A stretch of 64,000 nucleotides of DNA from Vulcanimicrobiota bacterium (lineage in GTDB: Bacteria; Vulcanimicrobiota; Vulcanimicrobiia; Vulcanimicrobiales; Vulcanimicrobiaceae), in contig CAVRQT010000003.1 of assembly GCA_963723515.1 (NCBI GenBank), forward strand, positions 480,001 to 544,000, read 5' to 3'. Within the stretch, counting starts at the first letter, position 1. Each line of letters begins with the position of its first letter. This document shows positions 1-9,536 of the stretch, in pieces. Position numbers and translations under genes: made by a program. The notes under the pieces were generated by a model. It was not told the origin of the DNA and did no database searches. It saw nothing but the letters and a program-made list of their open reading frames with translations.

Positions 1-600
1 CTTGCTGAATTCCATGAGCGCTTGCGCGCAATCGCGGATCTGTCCGATGCTGCCGGCGTAACTTTCAGATTCGGGCAACCACACCGTTTGAATTGAATCG
101 ACGATCAGGACTTGGGGACTCGCGTGTTCGAGCTCGTCGAGCGCGGCCCGAAGGTTCGTTTCTGGAAAAACAAGGAGATCTTCGTTCGATCCAAGGCGTT
201 GCGCGCGCAGCTTGATCTGCGAAGCGGATTCCTCGCCGCAAAGGTAGACGACGCGTATGCCGCTACGAGCGAGATTCATCGCGATCTGCAGCAAGAGCGT
301 CGATTTGCCGGCCCCCGGAGGTCCGCCGATCAACGTCATACTTCCCGGAACGATACCTCCGCCGAGCACGACGTCGAACTCGCGAACGCCGGTTGTAAGC
401 CGGCTCAGGTGCGCGCTCTCGATTTCGGCGAGGTGTAACGGACCGCGCCCGATCGAAGCAGCCTTTGCATCTCGTTTCGTGCGTGTTGCCGGCGCCTGCG
501 AAAATGTGTTCCAGGCTTGACATGCAGGACAGCGTCCGAGCCATCGCGGCGCCTCAAACCCGCAGCCCGAGCAGAAGAACACCGTGCGGGTTCGTGTCAC
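1..600 (-). CDS. radA: DNA repair protein RadA/Sms (N-terminal part; runs off the window start)
   Basis: Manual minus-strand translation from GTG at 600: MTRTRTVFFCSGCGFEAPRWLGRCPACQAWNTF (C4 zinc finger), GGPPGAGKST Walker A, GEES and LIVDSIQT motifs. Missing from the ORF track because its stop lies outside the window. Confidence 0.95.
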   Translation of the reverse strand, partial: MTRTRTVFFCSGCGFEAPRWLGRCPACQAWNTFSQAPATRTKRDAKAASIGRGPLHLAEIESAHLSRLTTGVREFDVVLGGGIVPGSMTLIGGPPGAGKSTLLLQIAMNLARSGIRVVYLCGEESASQIKLRAQRLGSNEDLLVFPETNLRAALDELEHASPQVLIVDSIQTVWLPESESYAGSIGQIRDCAQALMEFSK

Positions 601-652
601 GCTGCGCAGTTCGGCGAAGGGCGAAGGCATGCTTTCGTGAACGTGCGCCGAC

Positions 653-1330
653 GTGCCGGGATTCGATCACGTTGCAATCGATGGCCCCGCCGCTTCCGGG
701 AAGACAACGGCTGCGCGCTTGGTCGCGCGACGCCTCGGCTATTTGTATCTGGATACGGGCGCGATGTATCGCGCACTGGCATATCTTGCGCTCACTTCGG
801 AAACCGATCTCGACAACGAACGCGCGCTCGTCCGGCTCTGGGATGCGCATCCGATACGCGTCGGACTCCAGCGCGGCGCAAACGGCGGGCAGCGAATCTT
901 CACCGGCGAGCTCGATGTAACGGAGCAACTCGCCTCGAGCGCAGTGACCGCCGTCGTCTCAACGGTCGCGGCGCATCCCCGCGTCCGTGAAGCGATGGTG
1001 CGCGAGCAGCGGCGCATCGCCGAAGAGGCGCCGGTCGTCATGGCGGGGCGAGATATTGGTACGGTCGTCCTGCCCGACGCGCCGCATAAGATTTTCTTGA
1101 CCGCTTCGGTCGATGCTCGCGTGCAACGCCGCGGAGCCGAGATGCAGGCAGCCGGCGTTGACGTCAGCGCGCGGCGCTTACGCGAGGAAATCGAGGAACG
1201 CGACCGCCTCGATCGGAGTCGCGCAACGTCGCCGCTGCGCCCGGCGCCCGATGCGACCGTGATCGATTCGACGCGGCTCACAGCGGAAGAAGTCGTACAG
1301 AAAATCGTTGCGATCGTGCGCCCTTCGTGA
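653..1330 (+). CDS. cmk: Cytidylate kinase
   Basis: AIDGPAASGKTT P-loop, LDTGAMYRA, GRDIGTVVLPDA, RDRLD motifs. Confidence 0.96.
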   Translation: MPGFDHVAIDGPAASGKTTAARLVARRLGYLYLDTGAMYRALAYLALTSETDLDNERALVRLWDAHPIRVGLQRGANGGQRIFTGELDVTEQLASSAVTAVVSTVAAHPRVREAMVREQRRIAEEAPVVMAGRDIGTVVLPDAPHKIFLTASVDARVQRRGAEMQAAGVDVSARRLREEIEERDRLDRSRATSPLRPAPDATVIDSTRLTAEEVVQKIVAIVRPS

Positions 1331-1915
1331 TCACGCTCTACGAAGTCGCGCAGAAGATCGTTCTGCCGCCGATCCTCTGCCTGTGGCGTTTCAAGGCCGA
1401 AGGCAGAGAGAATGTTCCGCCGGCGGGACCGCTCATCGTAGCCTGCAATCACGCTTCGTACATGGATCCGCTCGTTCTCGGCGTGGCGTGTCCGCGCCCG
1501 ATTTACTACATGGCGAAGGTCGAGCTGTTCTCGGTCCCCATAGTCGGCGCCGCTCATCAAGCGCGTGAACGCGTACCCCGTTGACCGAAAACAAAGCGCC
1601 CTCGGCGGAATAAAGAAATCGGTTGAAGTGCTGCGTCAAGGGAAAGCGATCGGTATTTTTCCACAAGGCACGCGCGTGCGCACGGGCGAGGGTGCCGCGC
1701 ATGAAGGCGTGGCGTTGCTCGCTTCACTCGGAAACGCGCCGGTCGTGCCGGCGCATGTCTCCGGTTCCGATGAAGCCTTGCACTTTCATCAGATAAAAGT
1801 CGCATTCGGCCCGCCGCTGCGGCTGCCGACGGACCGGAAAGCCAACCGCGAAGATTTGGCGAACTTCACCGGCGACATCATGCGCGCGATTCGGGAGCTC
1901 TCCCCATCCTTATAA
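1327..1915 (+). CDS. plsC: 1-acyl-sn-glycerol-3-phosphate acyltransferase, split by a frameshift near 1549
   Basis: NHASYMD (HX4D) in ORF 1327-1584 and FPQGTR in ORF 1565-1915. Removing one base gives ...IVGPLIKRVNAYPVDR. Conserved cmk-plsC-ispH order. Confidence 0.88.
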
Positions 1916-2748
1916 AGAAGGCGAAAGTCCAGGGCTTTTGCTTCGGCGTTGCGATCACCGTCAAGAAAGCGGAAGAAGCAATCGCAAGCGGGGGCAATGT
2001 AACGACGCTCGGACACGTCGTGCACAATCCGCAAATGGTCGAATCGCTCGCGCAGCGTGGTCTGCGGAATGCAGGATCCGTTGAAGACGTCGACTCCGGC
2101 ACGCTCTTCGTTCGCGCCCACGGTTTGCCGGTTGACGTTTTCGAGCGCGCGAAGGAAAAGAATCTGGAGGTCCTCGACGCGACGTGTCCGATGGTCACGA
2201 AGATTCACGTGCAAGCGGAGCGTTTAAAAGCGGATGGCTACAAGATCATCGTCATCGGAGATCCGCAGCATCCCGAAGTCAAAGGTACGTTAAGCCATGT
2301 TCCGGGCGCATGGTCGATCCAAACGGTTGAAGATGTTGAACGTCTGCCGCGAGCCAGCCGCGTCGGTGTTGTCGTGCAGTCAACCTTTTCCGGAACGCGT
2401 TTCACCGACATCGTCAAGGCGCTGAGCGCGAAATACTACGAGGTGCGCGCCGTCAATACGATTTGCACGGACACGCATAATCGGCAATCAGAAGCCGCGG
2501 AGCTCGCCAAGGAAGTCGAGGTCATGGTCGTAGTCGGCGGAAAGACGTCGGCAAATACCAAGCACCTCGCCGAGCTTTCCGAAAGCCACGGCGCACGTGC
2601 ATACCACATCGAGCAGCCGGATGAGCTTCGTGCGGAGTGGTTTGACGGCGTCCAAGTCGCAGGTTTGATGTCGGGAGCATCAACGCCGGGGTGGCTTGTC
2701 GATGAAGTCGCCGCGCGCATGGAGGCGCTCAGCCGTCAATCTGCCTGA
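1906..2748 (+). CDS. ispH: 4-hydroxy-3-methylbut-2-enyl diphosphate reductase
   Basis: The frame is open upstream of the called 2020 start and encodes QGFCFGV; also VHNP, RAHG, DATCPMV, HPEV, NTIC, SANT and SGASTP. Start inferred at ATC 1906. Confidence 0.93.
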   Translation: MLIKKAKVQGFCFGVAITVKKAEEAIASGGNVTTLGHVVHNPQMVESLAQRGLRNAGSVEDVDSGTLFVRAHGLPVDVFERAKEKNLEVLDATCPMVTKIHVQAERLKADGYKIIVIGDPQHPEVKGTLSHVPGAWSIQTVEDVERLPRASRVGVVVQSTFSGTRFTDIVKALSAKYYEVRAVNTICTDTHNRQSEAAELAKEVEVMVVVGGKTSANTKHLAELSESHGARAYHIEQPDELRAEWFDGVQVAGLMSGASTPGWLVDEVAARMEALSRQSA

Positions 2749-3724
2749 TCCCTTTGAAGCGCATCTCGAACAGCTAATTCGTGAGCGCTCGGAAAGCGCG
2801 TTGCTTTCCGAGATGTTGAGATATCACTTAGGCCTCTTTGAAACCGAAGCGGTGCGGCGCGGCAAGCGCTTGCGACCGCGATTGCTCTTCGCAATCGTGC
2901 AAGAATTGGGCGGCCTGATCGAAGATGCGGTCGATGCGGCGGTTGCCATCGAGGTGCTGCATAACTACTCGCTCGTACACGATGACATTGAAGACGGCGA
3001 TCGCTACCGCCATGGCCGGCAGACCTTATGGGCCAAGTATGGGACGGCGCAGGCGATCAATGCCGGGGATGCCCTTTGCGCGCTCAGTTACCTCTCGCTC
3101 TTGAAGACGGCACAATACCATTCCCCTGCGAGGGTGACCGCGATGATGCACGCGCTGCATCGCGCCAACTTCGCAATGTGCGAAGGGCAGAGTTTGGACA
3201 TCGCTTTTGAAAGCGAACGCACGATTGACACCAAGCGCTATTTGCGGATGATCGCCGGCAAAACGGCAGCGCTTTTTGGAGCCGCGGCCGAGTTAGGCGC
3301 CTACTGTTCGGGCGCGCCGGAAGATGAAGTCGAGCGGTACGGCAGTCTCGGGCGCGCGTTTGGAATCGCTTTTCAGATCAACGACGACATCTTGGGCATT
3401 TGGGGCGATCAAGAAGAGACGGGCAAAACCGCCGGCGCGGACATCGCGCGCCGTAAGAAAAGCTTCCCCGTCGTTTGGGCGATGCAAAGCGGATTGCCGG
3501 ACGCAAAACCGATCGTCGAAATGTATGCCGGCGACGGTGAAATTAATCGTGCCGCGATCGAACGCGTGATAATCGCGCTCGATTCGGTCGGCGCGCGTGA
3601 GGCGTCCGAACGTGAAGTGGCGCACAAACTCACTTCGGCGCGCGAAGCCGCGCCGGGCGTCGTGCGCGATTTCTTATTGCATTCATTGCCGCTGGCCGCG
3701 CAAACACAAATCCTCTCGTCATGA
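2696..3724 (+). CDS. Polyprenyl diphosphate synthase (GGPP synthase-like); start uncertain (2696-2741)
   Basis: GKRLRP, HNYSLVHDDIED (FARM), GQSLD, KTAALF, FQINDDILG (SARM). Confidence 0.92.
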   Translation: MSMKSPRAWRRSAVNLPDPFEAHLEQLIRERSESALLSEMLRYHLGLFETEAVRRGKRLRPRLLFAIVQELGGLIEDAVDAAVAIEVLHNYSLVHDDIEDGDRYRHGRQTLWAKYGTAQAINAGDALCALSYLSLLKTAQYHSPARVTAMMHALHRANFAMCEGQSLDIAFESERTIDTKRYLRMIAGKTAALFGAAAELGAYCSGAPEDEVERYGSLGRAFGIAFQINDDILGIWGDQEETGKTAGADIARRKKSFPVVWAMQSGLPDAKPIVEMYAGDGEINRAAIERVIIALDSVGAREASEREVAHKLTSAREAAPGVVRDFLLHSLPLAAQTQILSS

Positions 3725-6700
3725 GCGCATCTCGCGCCGCTCTGTTCGGCCTGCTGGCGGCCGGCTTCGTCGTGCGGCTCTTCTTTGTCGGCAACAGCGG
3801 CTTTCAGAACGACGTGCAGTCGTTTGAAAGCTGGACGCTCACTTTAGGCTCCCATTCGTTAGCCGCGTTTTACGCGAAGGCCGGATTTGCGGATTACCCG
3901 CCGGGCTATTTCTACGTCCTTTGGATCATCGCTCATCTCTACGCGCCGTTTGCGCATGCCGATCCGAGCTACGGATGGCTGCGTTTCTTCATCAAGCTTC
4001 CGGCGATCGTCATGGATCTCGTAAATACCGTCTTGATCTACGCGATCGTCCGCCGCTTTGCCGATCAGCGCTATGCATTGGGCGCCGCGGCGCTCTACGC
4101 CCTGAATCCGGCGGTGATCTTCATTTCCGCCTCGTGGGGGCAAGTCGATTCGGTCGCCGGCGGATTCGCGCTGGCCGCACTTTACGCGCTCCTGCGCGCG
4201 AATGACGCCGCCATAGATACGCGCCGTACGACGCTCGTCGTCGCGGCTTGGCTGGCACTTGCCTATTCAATTTTAATCAAACCGCAAGCCGCGATTCTGA
4301 TTCCGCTCTTCATTGCGTTTGCGTTCGCGGCGCGTGATCAGCGTGCATCACGCATCCGAGGACTGGTCGCCGGCATCGTCGCCGCAATCCTATTGGCGTG
4401 GCTGCTGGCGCTGCCGTTCCATCCGCAAGCGAATCCCCTTTCGGTTTTCGCGTGGCTCTACGAACGTTATCTCTACGGAACGGGCGTCTATGCCGTCAAT
4501 TCGGTCAACGCGTTCGACCTTTGGACGATCAATTATCCGTTCTGGCAAGCGGATACGGCGCGCGTGCTCTTCTTGCCGCAGTACGTCTGGGGTTTATTGC
4601 TCTTAGCCGCGGCGACGGTGCTCATCTTGCTGCGGTATTTGCAGGCGCCAACGCGCCGATCGCTCCTCGAGGCGGCAGCACTGCTTGCGCTCGCGTTCTT
4701 CATGCTTTCAACCCGCATGCACGAACGTTACATCTTCAACGGCTTGCTTCTGGTCGTGCCCCTGATCTTCTGCGGCTGGCGTTATCTCGTCGCAGTTGCG
4801 GTTTTGACGATCACCCTCTTTTCGAATCTGCTCTACTCCCTGCATTATCTCAACGTCATGAATGCGCATCTGCCAGGCGACCCAACGAACTTGATGCCGA
4901 TTCTGACAAGACCAATGTCGATTGCAAACGTGGCGGTCTTTTTCTTGCTCGGCTACGTCTTCTTAGGCAACACGGAAGAAGCGCCGGTTGCGGCGCCGCA
5001 GCCCGAGCGAACGACAGAAGCACTCGGCGAAGAGGCTTCGCCGGCACGCACCTGGTTCGATCCTCGCGAGGGATTGACCGCGTTACGCTGGCCGCTCGAT
5101 TATTTGCTCGCGGCGGCATTCGGTGTAGCCTCGTTTATCTTGTCATTCGTCCGGTATACGTTTCCGCCGGAGAAGTATTTCGACGAGATTTACTTTGCGC
5201 GCGCCGCAGAAGAGTATTTGCATCACCAATACATCTATGAGAACACGCATCCGCCGCTGACAAAACTGTTGATCACGCTCTCGGTGATGCTCTTCGGTGG
5301 GCTTGCGCATGGCGACAACTCGGCCGGCTGGCGATTTCTCGACGTTCTCTTCGGCGCTTTTAGCGTTACGCTGCTCTTCATTTTTGCGAAACGCCTGACG
5401 AGCTCGTCGGTCTTCGCGGCGATTGCCGCGTCGTTTCTGCTCTTCGACGGAATGCACTTCGTGCAATCGCGCATTGCCACGCCGGAGAGCTTCGTCTGTT
5501 TCTTTGCGCTGGCGGCGCTCTATACGTTCTACCGTTTTTGGATTGCGTCGCAGAGTCGTGCCGGCGGGTCAATGGACGGCCCTCGAATGCGACTGCGGGC
5601 GATCGGGACGATCTTGTGTTTGGCCGGAGCGATTCTTGCCGTTTGGCTCAAGTTTCATGCAGAATCGGGCGCCGCCAAAGCCGTCGCAATCGTTTACGCC
5701 TTTGCGGCGCTTTACTTGCTCTTCCGGCTGTTCATCGAGCGGCGACTGGCAAAAAGCGCGGCACAATTCTTCTCGTATCCCGACGGCGCCTTTGCTTCAA
5801 TTGGAGGGCGAGATGTCGTTTTGTGCGCGCCGGATGGCGGCGTCATCGACACCGCCTCACGATCGGTTACGCCAGGCGATCTCTCGCGTGGGAGACGAGA
5901 CGCGCTCTTGCTCACGGATCGCGAATTGGTCACGACGTATCGCAAAGATGGATCGGCGGAATACTCGACGCCGGTAGGCGTCGCACGGTTTTCGCCCAGA
6001 GGCAGCACCATTGACGATGAGCCCGCACGCTTTGGTGATGGGCGGTTGTGGCTCATTCTCTTTGCCGCCTCGATCAGCGCGCTGATTACCAGCAAGTGGT
6101 ACGGCGTGATGGCGTATCCGGCGACGCTCGGCATCATCGCATTTGTTTGGGCGCAGCCGCGCATCGCGAGCCTTGCGAAGGAGTGGAGGAAGACGCCGCG
6201 CGGGCCGGCACGATGGGGCAATCCGTTCGGCTTTCCTTTGGACGTTGTGCTTTGTGCCCTGATCTTTATCGGCGGAACGATGTACTTCGCCGCCTATACG
6301 CCGCAATTCGTCGGGCTCTCCGACACGCCGCAGTCGGCGCCGCGTGCGTACACTCTGACCGACGTGATCGATATGCAAACGTTGATGTACGATTACCACT
6401 CGCACCTCAAGGCAACGCATCCTTATGCGTCGCGATGGTGGACGTGGCCGCTCGATCTAAAGCCGATCGTCTACTACTGGAAAGATTTGCGTAAAGGGCG
6501 GGAGGCAAATGTTCCGCAAGCGTGCTGCGTTGAGGAGATCGATTCGATCCCGAATCCTTTTCTGCTGTGGTTTGGGCTGCTGGCAGTCCCGATCGTCGGC
6601 TGGCTTGCGTACCGCGAACGCAACAAAGGCTACATGCTGCTGGTCGTCGCCTATTTGCTGCAGTGGCTGCCGTGGATGCGCTCGCCGCGCATCTCGTTCA

Positions 6701-6939
6701 TCTACCACTTTTTCGTCGATATTTCGATCATCTGTCTTTGCAACGCGATCGTCTTGCAGCGACTTTGGCAGCGGGGAACGGCGCACGAGGAATCGCGCGT
6801 TTGGACGCGTTTGGCCGTCGGGGGCTACGTTGCAGCCGTCGCGCTCGTCTTCGCCTTTTTCTATCCGATCTTGGCGGGCATTCCGATACCGTGGGATCAT
6901 TGGAACGCGCGCATGTGGCTGCCGCATTGGGTGATATAA
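3721..6939 (+). CDS. Large multi-pass GT-C glycosyltransferase: N-terminal DYPP-type module fused to a C-terminal PMT (protein O-mannosyltransferase)-like module
   Basis: DYPP, WGQVDS, KPQ and MHERY in the first half; FDEIY, HPPL, SRIA, KW and HPYASRWWTWP in the second half; many hydrophobic helices. Confidence 0.8.
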   Translation: MSASRAALFGLLAAGFVVRLFFVGNSGFQNDVQSFESWTLTLGSHSLAAFYAKAGFADYPPGYFYVLWIIAHLYAPFAHADPSYGWLRFFIKLPAIVMDLVNTVLIYAIVRRFADQRYALGAAALYALNPAVIFISASWGQVDSVAGGFALAALYALLRANDAAIDTRRTTLVVAAWLALAYSILIKPQAAILIPLFIAFAFAARDQRASRIRGLVAGIVAAILLAWLLALPFHPQANPLSVFAWLYERYLYGTGVYAVNSVNAFDLWTINYPFWQADTARVLFLPQYVWGLLLLAAATVLILLRYLQAPTRRSLLEAAALLALAFFMLSTRMHERYIFNGLLLVVPLIFCGWRYLVAVAVLTITLFSNLLYSLHYLNVMNAHLPGDPTNLMPILTRPMSIANVAVFFLLGYVFLGNTEEAPVAAPQPERTTEALGEEASPARTWFDPREGLTALRWPLDYLLAAAFGVASFILSFVRYTFPPEKYFDEIYFARAAEEYLHHQYIYENTHPPLTKLLITLSVMLFGGLAHGDNSAGWRFLDVLFGAFSVTLLFIFAKRLTSSSVFAAIAASFLLFDGMHFVQSRIATPESFVCFFALAALYTFYRFWIASQSRAGGSMDGPRMRLRAIGTILCLAGAILAVWLKFHAESGAAKAVAIVYAFAALYLLFRLFIERRLAKSAAQFFSYPDGAFASIGGRDVVLCAPDGGVIDTASRSVTPGDLSRGRRDALLLTDRELVTTYRKDGSAEYSTPVGVARFSPRGSTIDDEPARFGDGRLWLILFAASISALITSKWYGVMAYPATLGIIAFVWAQPRIASLAKEWRKTPRGPARWGNPFGFPLDVVLCALIFIGGTMYFAAYTPQFVGLSDTPQSAPRAYTLTDVIDMQTLMYDYHSHLKATHPYASRWWTWPLDLKPIVYYWKDLRKGREANVPQACCVEEIDSIPNPFLLWFGLLAVPIVGWLAYRERNKGYMLLVVAYLLQWLPWMRSPRISFIYHFFVDISIICLCNAIVLQRLWQRGTAHEESRVWTRLAVGGYVAAVALVFAFFYPILAGIPIPWDHWNARMWLPHWVI

Positions 6940-7018
6940 GCCCGGGGTGCGCGGGCGAGTTTTCGGCGCATCGTGCCGAAGGGGAGCCGTGGTCAAACGC
7001 GAGTTAGAGGAGTAACGA

Positions 7019-7765
7019 TTGTCAGGGCACTCCAAGTGGCATAATATCCGGCTGCGCAAAGGCAAAGCCGACGCACAGCGCGGCGCCCTCTTTACAAAAC
7101 TCAGTAAGGAGATTGCCCTCGCCTTGCGTTCCGGGTCCGCCGATCCTGAAGCGAACTACCGCCTAAAGATGGCGATCGAGAAAGCGCGCGAGGGCAACAT
7201 GCCGCAAGAGAATATTAAGCGTCTGTTGGCCCGGGCGAGCGGAGACGGCGCCAAAGACATCGAGGAAATCCGGTACGAAGGCTACGGCCCCGGCGGAATT
7301 GCGGTCATCGTCGATGCGGCAACCGATAACCGGAATCGTATCGCCTCGGAGATGCGCTTCATGTTTAGCCGGCACGGCGGTTCTCTCGGCGAGACGAACA
7401 GCGTCGCGTGGATGTTTGAGCCATCCGGCATCATAGACGTCGATCCGCAAGGACGCTCCGAGGACGACCTGACCGAAAGCGCGCTGATCGACGGTGTGGT
7501 GGATATCGAATACGACGAGCCGGCGACGATCTATACGGATCCTGATATGCTGCACAGCGTTCGCATCGCGCTCGGGGAGCGTGGCTTGCATGTTGCGCAA
7601 GCATATCTTGGAATGCGTCCCAGGACCAAAGTCACGCCGCCTGACGAGCAGGCATCTGAAGCGCTCGCGCTGCTCGATGCACTAGACGAGCATGAAGATG
7701 TTCAACGTCTCTTTTCCAACGCCGAGTTTAGCGATGCGGCGTTAGCGCTCGCGGCAAACGCGTGA
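7019..7765 (+). CDS. yebC: YebC/PmpR family protein
   Basis: MSGHSKWHNI, YEGYGPGG, TDNRNR and DVQ motifs. Confidence 0.95.
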   Translation: MSGHSKWHNIRLRKGKADAQRGALFTKLSKEIALALRSGSADPEANYRLKMAIEKAREGNMPQENIKRLLARASGDGAKDIEEIRYEGYGPGGIAVIVDAATDNRNRIASEMRFMFSRHGGSLGETNSVAWMFEPSGIIDVDPQGRSEDDLTESALIDGVVDIEYDEPATIYTDPDMLHSVRIALGERGLHVAQAYLGMRPRTKVTPPDEQASEALALLDALDEHEDVQRLFSNAEFSDAALALAANA

Positions 7766-8847
7766 TCGCACAATCGGAAGGACGCCCCCGCAGGGTGCGT
7801 GCGTCGTGGCGTTCGTATCTGCCGCAGGATTGGGTTTTCACGCTGGCCGTCGCAATCTTCGTCGGGATCATCGTATGGTTCGGACGTTCGGTACATGACT
7901 TCTTTGTGCCGACAACGGCGACGCTCTCGGTTCCGACGTTCATCGGCCAGACGTTGACCGATGCGATGTCCGAAGCGTACCACTCCGGCTTGCGCACGCA
8001 AGTCGTCGCGCGACAGATGAGCGATCGTTATCCGCGCGATGTCGTCATCGATCAGCAACCGCAGCCGGGGGCGCGCGTTCGCGAGGGCCGGCAAATATCG
8101 TTCATCGTCAGCACCGGCGTCCAAATCAGCTCGATGCCGGATCTGCGGTATCAATCCATGCGGGAAGCCGGTCTCGACCTTTCCCGCTTGCATCTGCAGC
8201 TGACTGCGACAAAATACGTGCAGAGCGACGAGGTGCCCCCAAATCATATCGTCGACCAAGATCCTGCACCGCTGAGCAACGTCCGCGAAGGGACGCAGGT
8301 CACGCTGACCGTTTCGAAGGGCGGCTCATCGCAGATCATCGTTCCGAACTTTGTCGGGCAGACGATCGACACGGCGCGCGACGATGCGGATCGCAACAAG
8401 ATCCATCTCGGTCAACTTGTTTGGATGCCCCTTGGGACATCCGCGCCTCCGCACGGCACGGTCGTACGTCAGATACCGTCGGCCGGGTCGAAAATCGACA
8501 CGTTCACGCCCGTGTCGCTTGAGATCAGCGCCGGCCCGCATGAATCGGGTTATGTGTTACGGCAGGTGCATCTGCTCGCGTCGGTGCCCTCGGATCAAGG
8601 CGGGGACAAACCGTTGCGGGTGAGGGTTACCGTGACCGATGCAACCGGAAAGTGGAATCTGTATGATGCCTACGCGCAACCCGGACAAAAGCTCGACTTC
8701 AATGTCAGCGCGCTCGGCACGTCGCTCGTGGACTTCTTCGTGAACGATGCGCTCGTCGCCGAAACTCGACTCGGTACCGAGCCCTCGAACGCCTACGAGC
8801 ACCGTCAAGGCCCTTCGCCGGCTCCACAAACATCGGCAACACCTTGA
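7762..8847 (+). CDS. Membrane-anchored PASTA-repeat protein with no kinase domain
   Basis: One N-terminal TM helix, then three repeats starting VPTFIG / MPDLRY / VPNFVG, each with a V(I/V)xQxP motif. Confidence 0.8.
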   Translation: MIAQSEGRPRRVRASWRSYLPQDWVFTLAVAIFVGIIVWFGRSVHDFFVPTTATLSVPTFIGQTLTDAMSEAYHSGLRTQVVARQMSDRYPRDVVIDQQPQPGARVREGRQISFIVSTGVQISSMPDLRYQSMREAGLDLSRLHLQLTATKYVQSDEVPPNHIVDQDPAPLSNVREGTQVTLTVSKGGSSQIIVPNFVGQTIDTARDDADRNKIHLGQLVWMPLGTSAPPHGTVVRQIPSAGSKIDTFTPVSLEISAGPHESGYVLRQVHLLASVPSDQGGDKPLRVRVTVTDATGKWNLYDAYAQPGQKLDFNVSALGTSLVDFFVNDALVAETRLGTEPSNAYEHRQGPSPAPQTSATP

Positions 8848-9527
8848 TCAAGCTCGCGCCATCGCTGCTTTCGGCCGACTTCTGCCGCATCGCCGAGCAA
8901 ATCGACGAAGTCGAGAATGCCGGGGCAGATTACCTTCATCTCGACGTGATGGATGGACGGTTCGTGCCGAACCTCACGTGGGGGCCGAAGATCGTGCGCG
9001 ATTTGCGAAGTTGCTCGACGGTCCCGCTCGACTGCCACTTGATGATCGTCGAGCCGGAGAAGTACGTTGAAGAATTTCGGCGCGCAGGTGCGGACCTTAT
9101 CACCTTTCATTACGAAGCGACACCGCACGCGCATCGATTGCTCGCGCACATTCGCGAGCTTGGGGCGAAAGCCGGCGTTGCGCTTTGCCCGCAGACGCCC
9201 GTCTCATCGCTACAGGACATTATCGGGGAAGCCGATTTGGTGCTGATCATGAGTGTGAATCCTGGGTTTGCCGGTCAGCGCTTCATCGATCGCGCGCTAC
9301 AAAAGTTGCGTGAGGCGCGCCGCTTGATCGATGAAAACAACCCGCATTGCGAGCTGGAGGTTGACGGCGGAATTGGCCAGGACAATGTGCGCGAGGTTGT
9401 TGCAGCGGGTGCGCGCGTACTGGTAATGGGCTCGAAGATTTTTGACGATGGGCGCCCCGCACAGGCGCTCAAAGCGGTACGAGGTCTCCTCGCAGAAGCG
9501 CCTTCCAAACCGCGCTCAAACGCCTAG
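8844..9527 (+). CDS. rpe: Ribulose-phosphate 3-epimerase
   Basis: APSLLSADF, HLDVMDGRFVPN, DCHLM, MSVNPGFAGQ, EVDGG. Confidence 0.97.
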   Translation: MIKLAPSLLSADFCRIAEQIDEVENAGADYLHLDVMDGRFVPNLTWGPKIVRDLRSCSTVPLDCHLMIVEPEKYVEEFRRAGADLITFHYEATPHAHRLLAHIRELGAKAGVALCPQTPVSSLQDIIGEADLVLIMSVNPGFAGQRFIDRALQKLREARRLIDENNPHCELEVDGGIGQDNVREVVAAGARVLVMGSKIFDDGRPAQALKAVRGLLAEAPSKPRSNA

Positions 9528-9536
9528 GACACACCG

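Noticed and set aside
112..990. Several short ORFs at the window start
   Set aside because: Shadows of radA (minus strand, 1-600) and cmk
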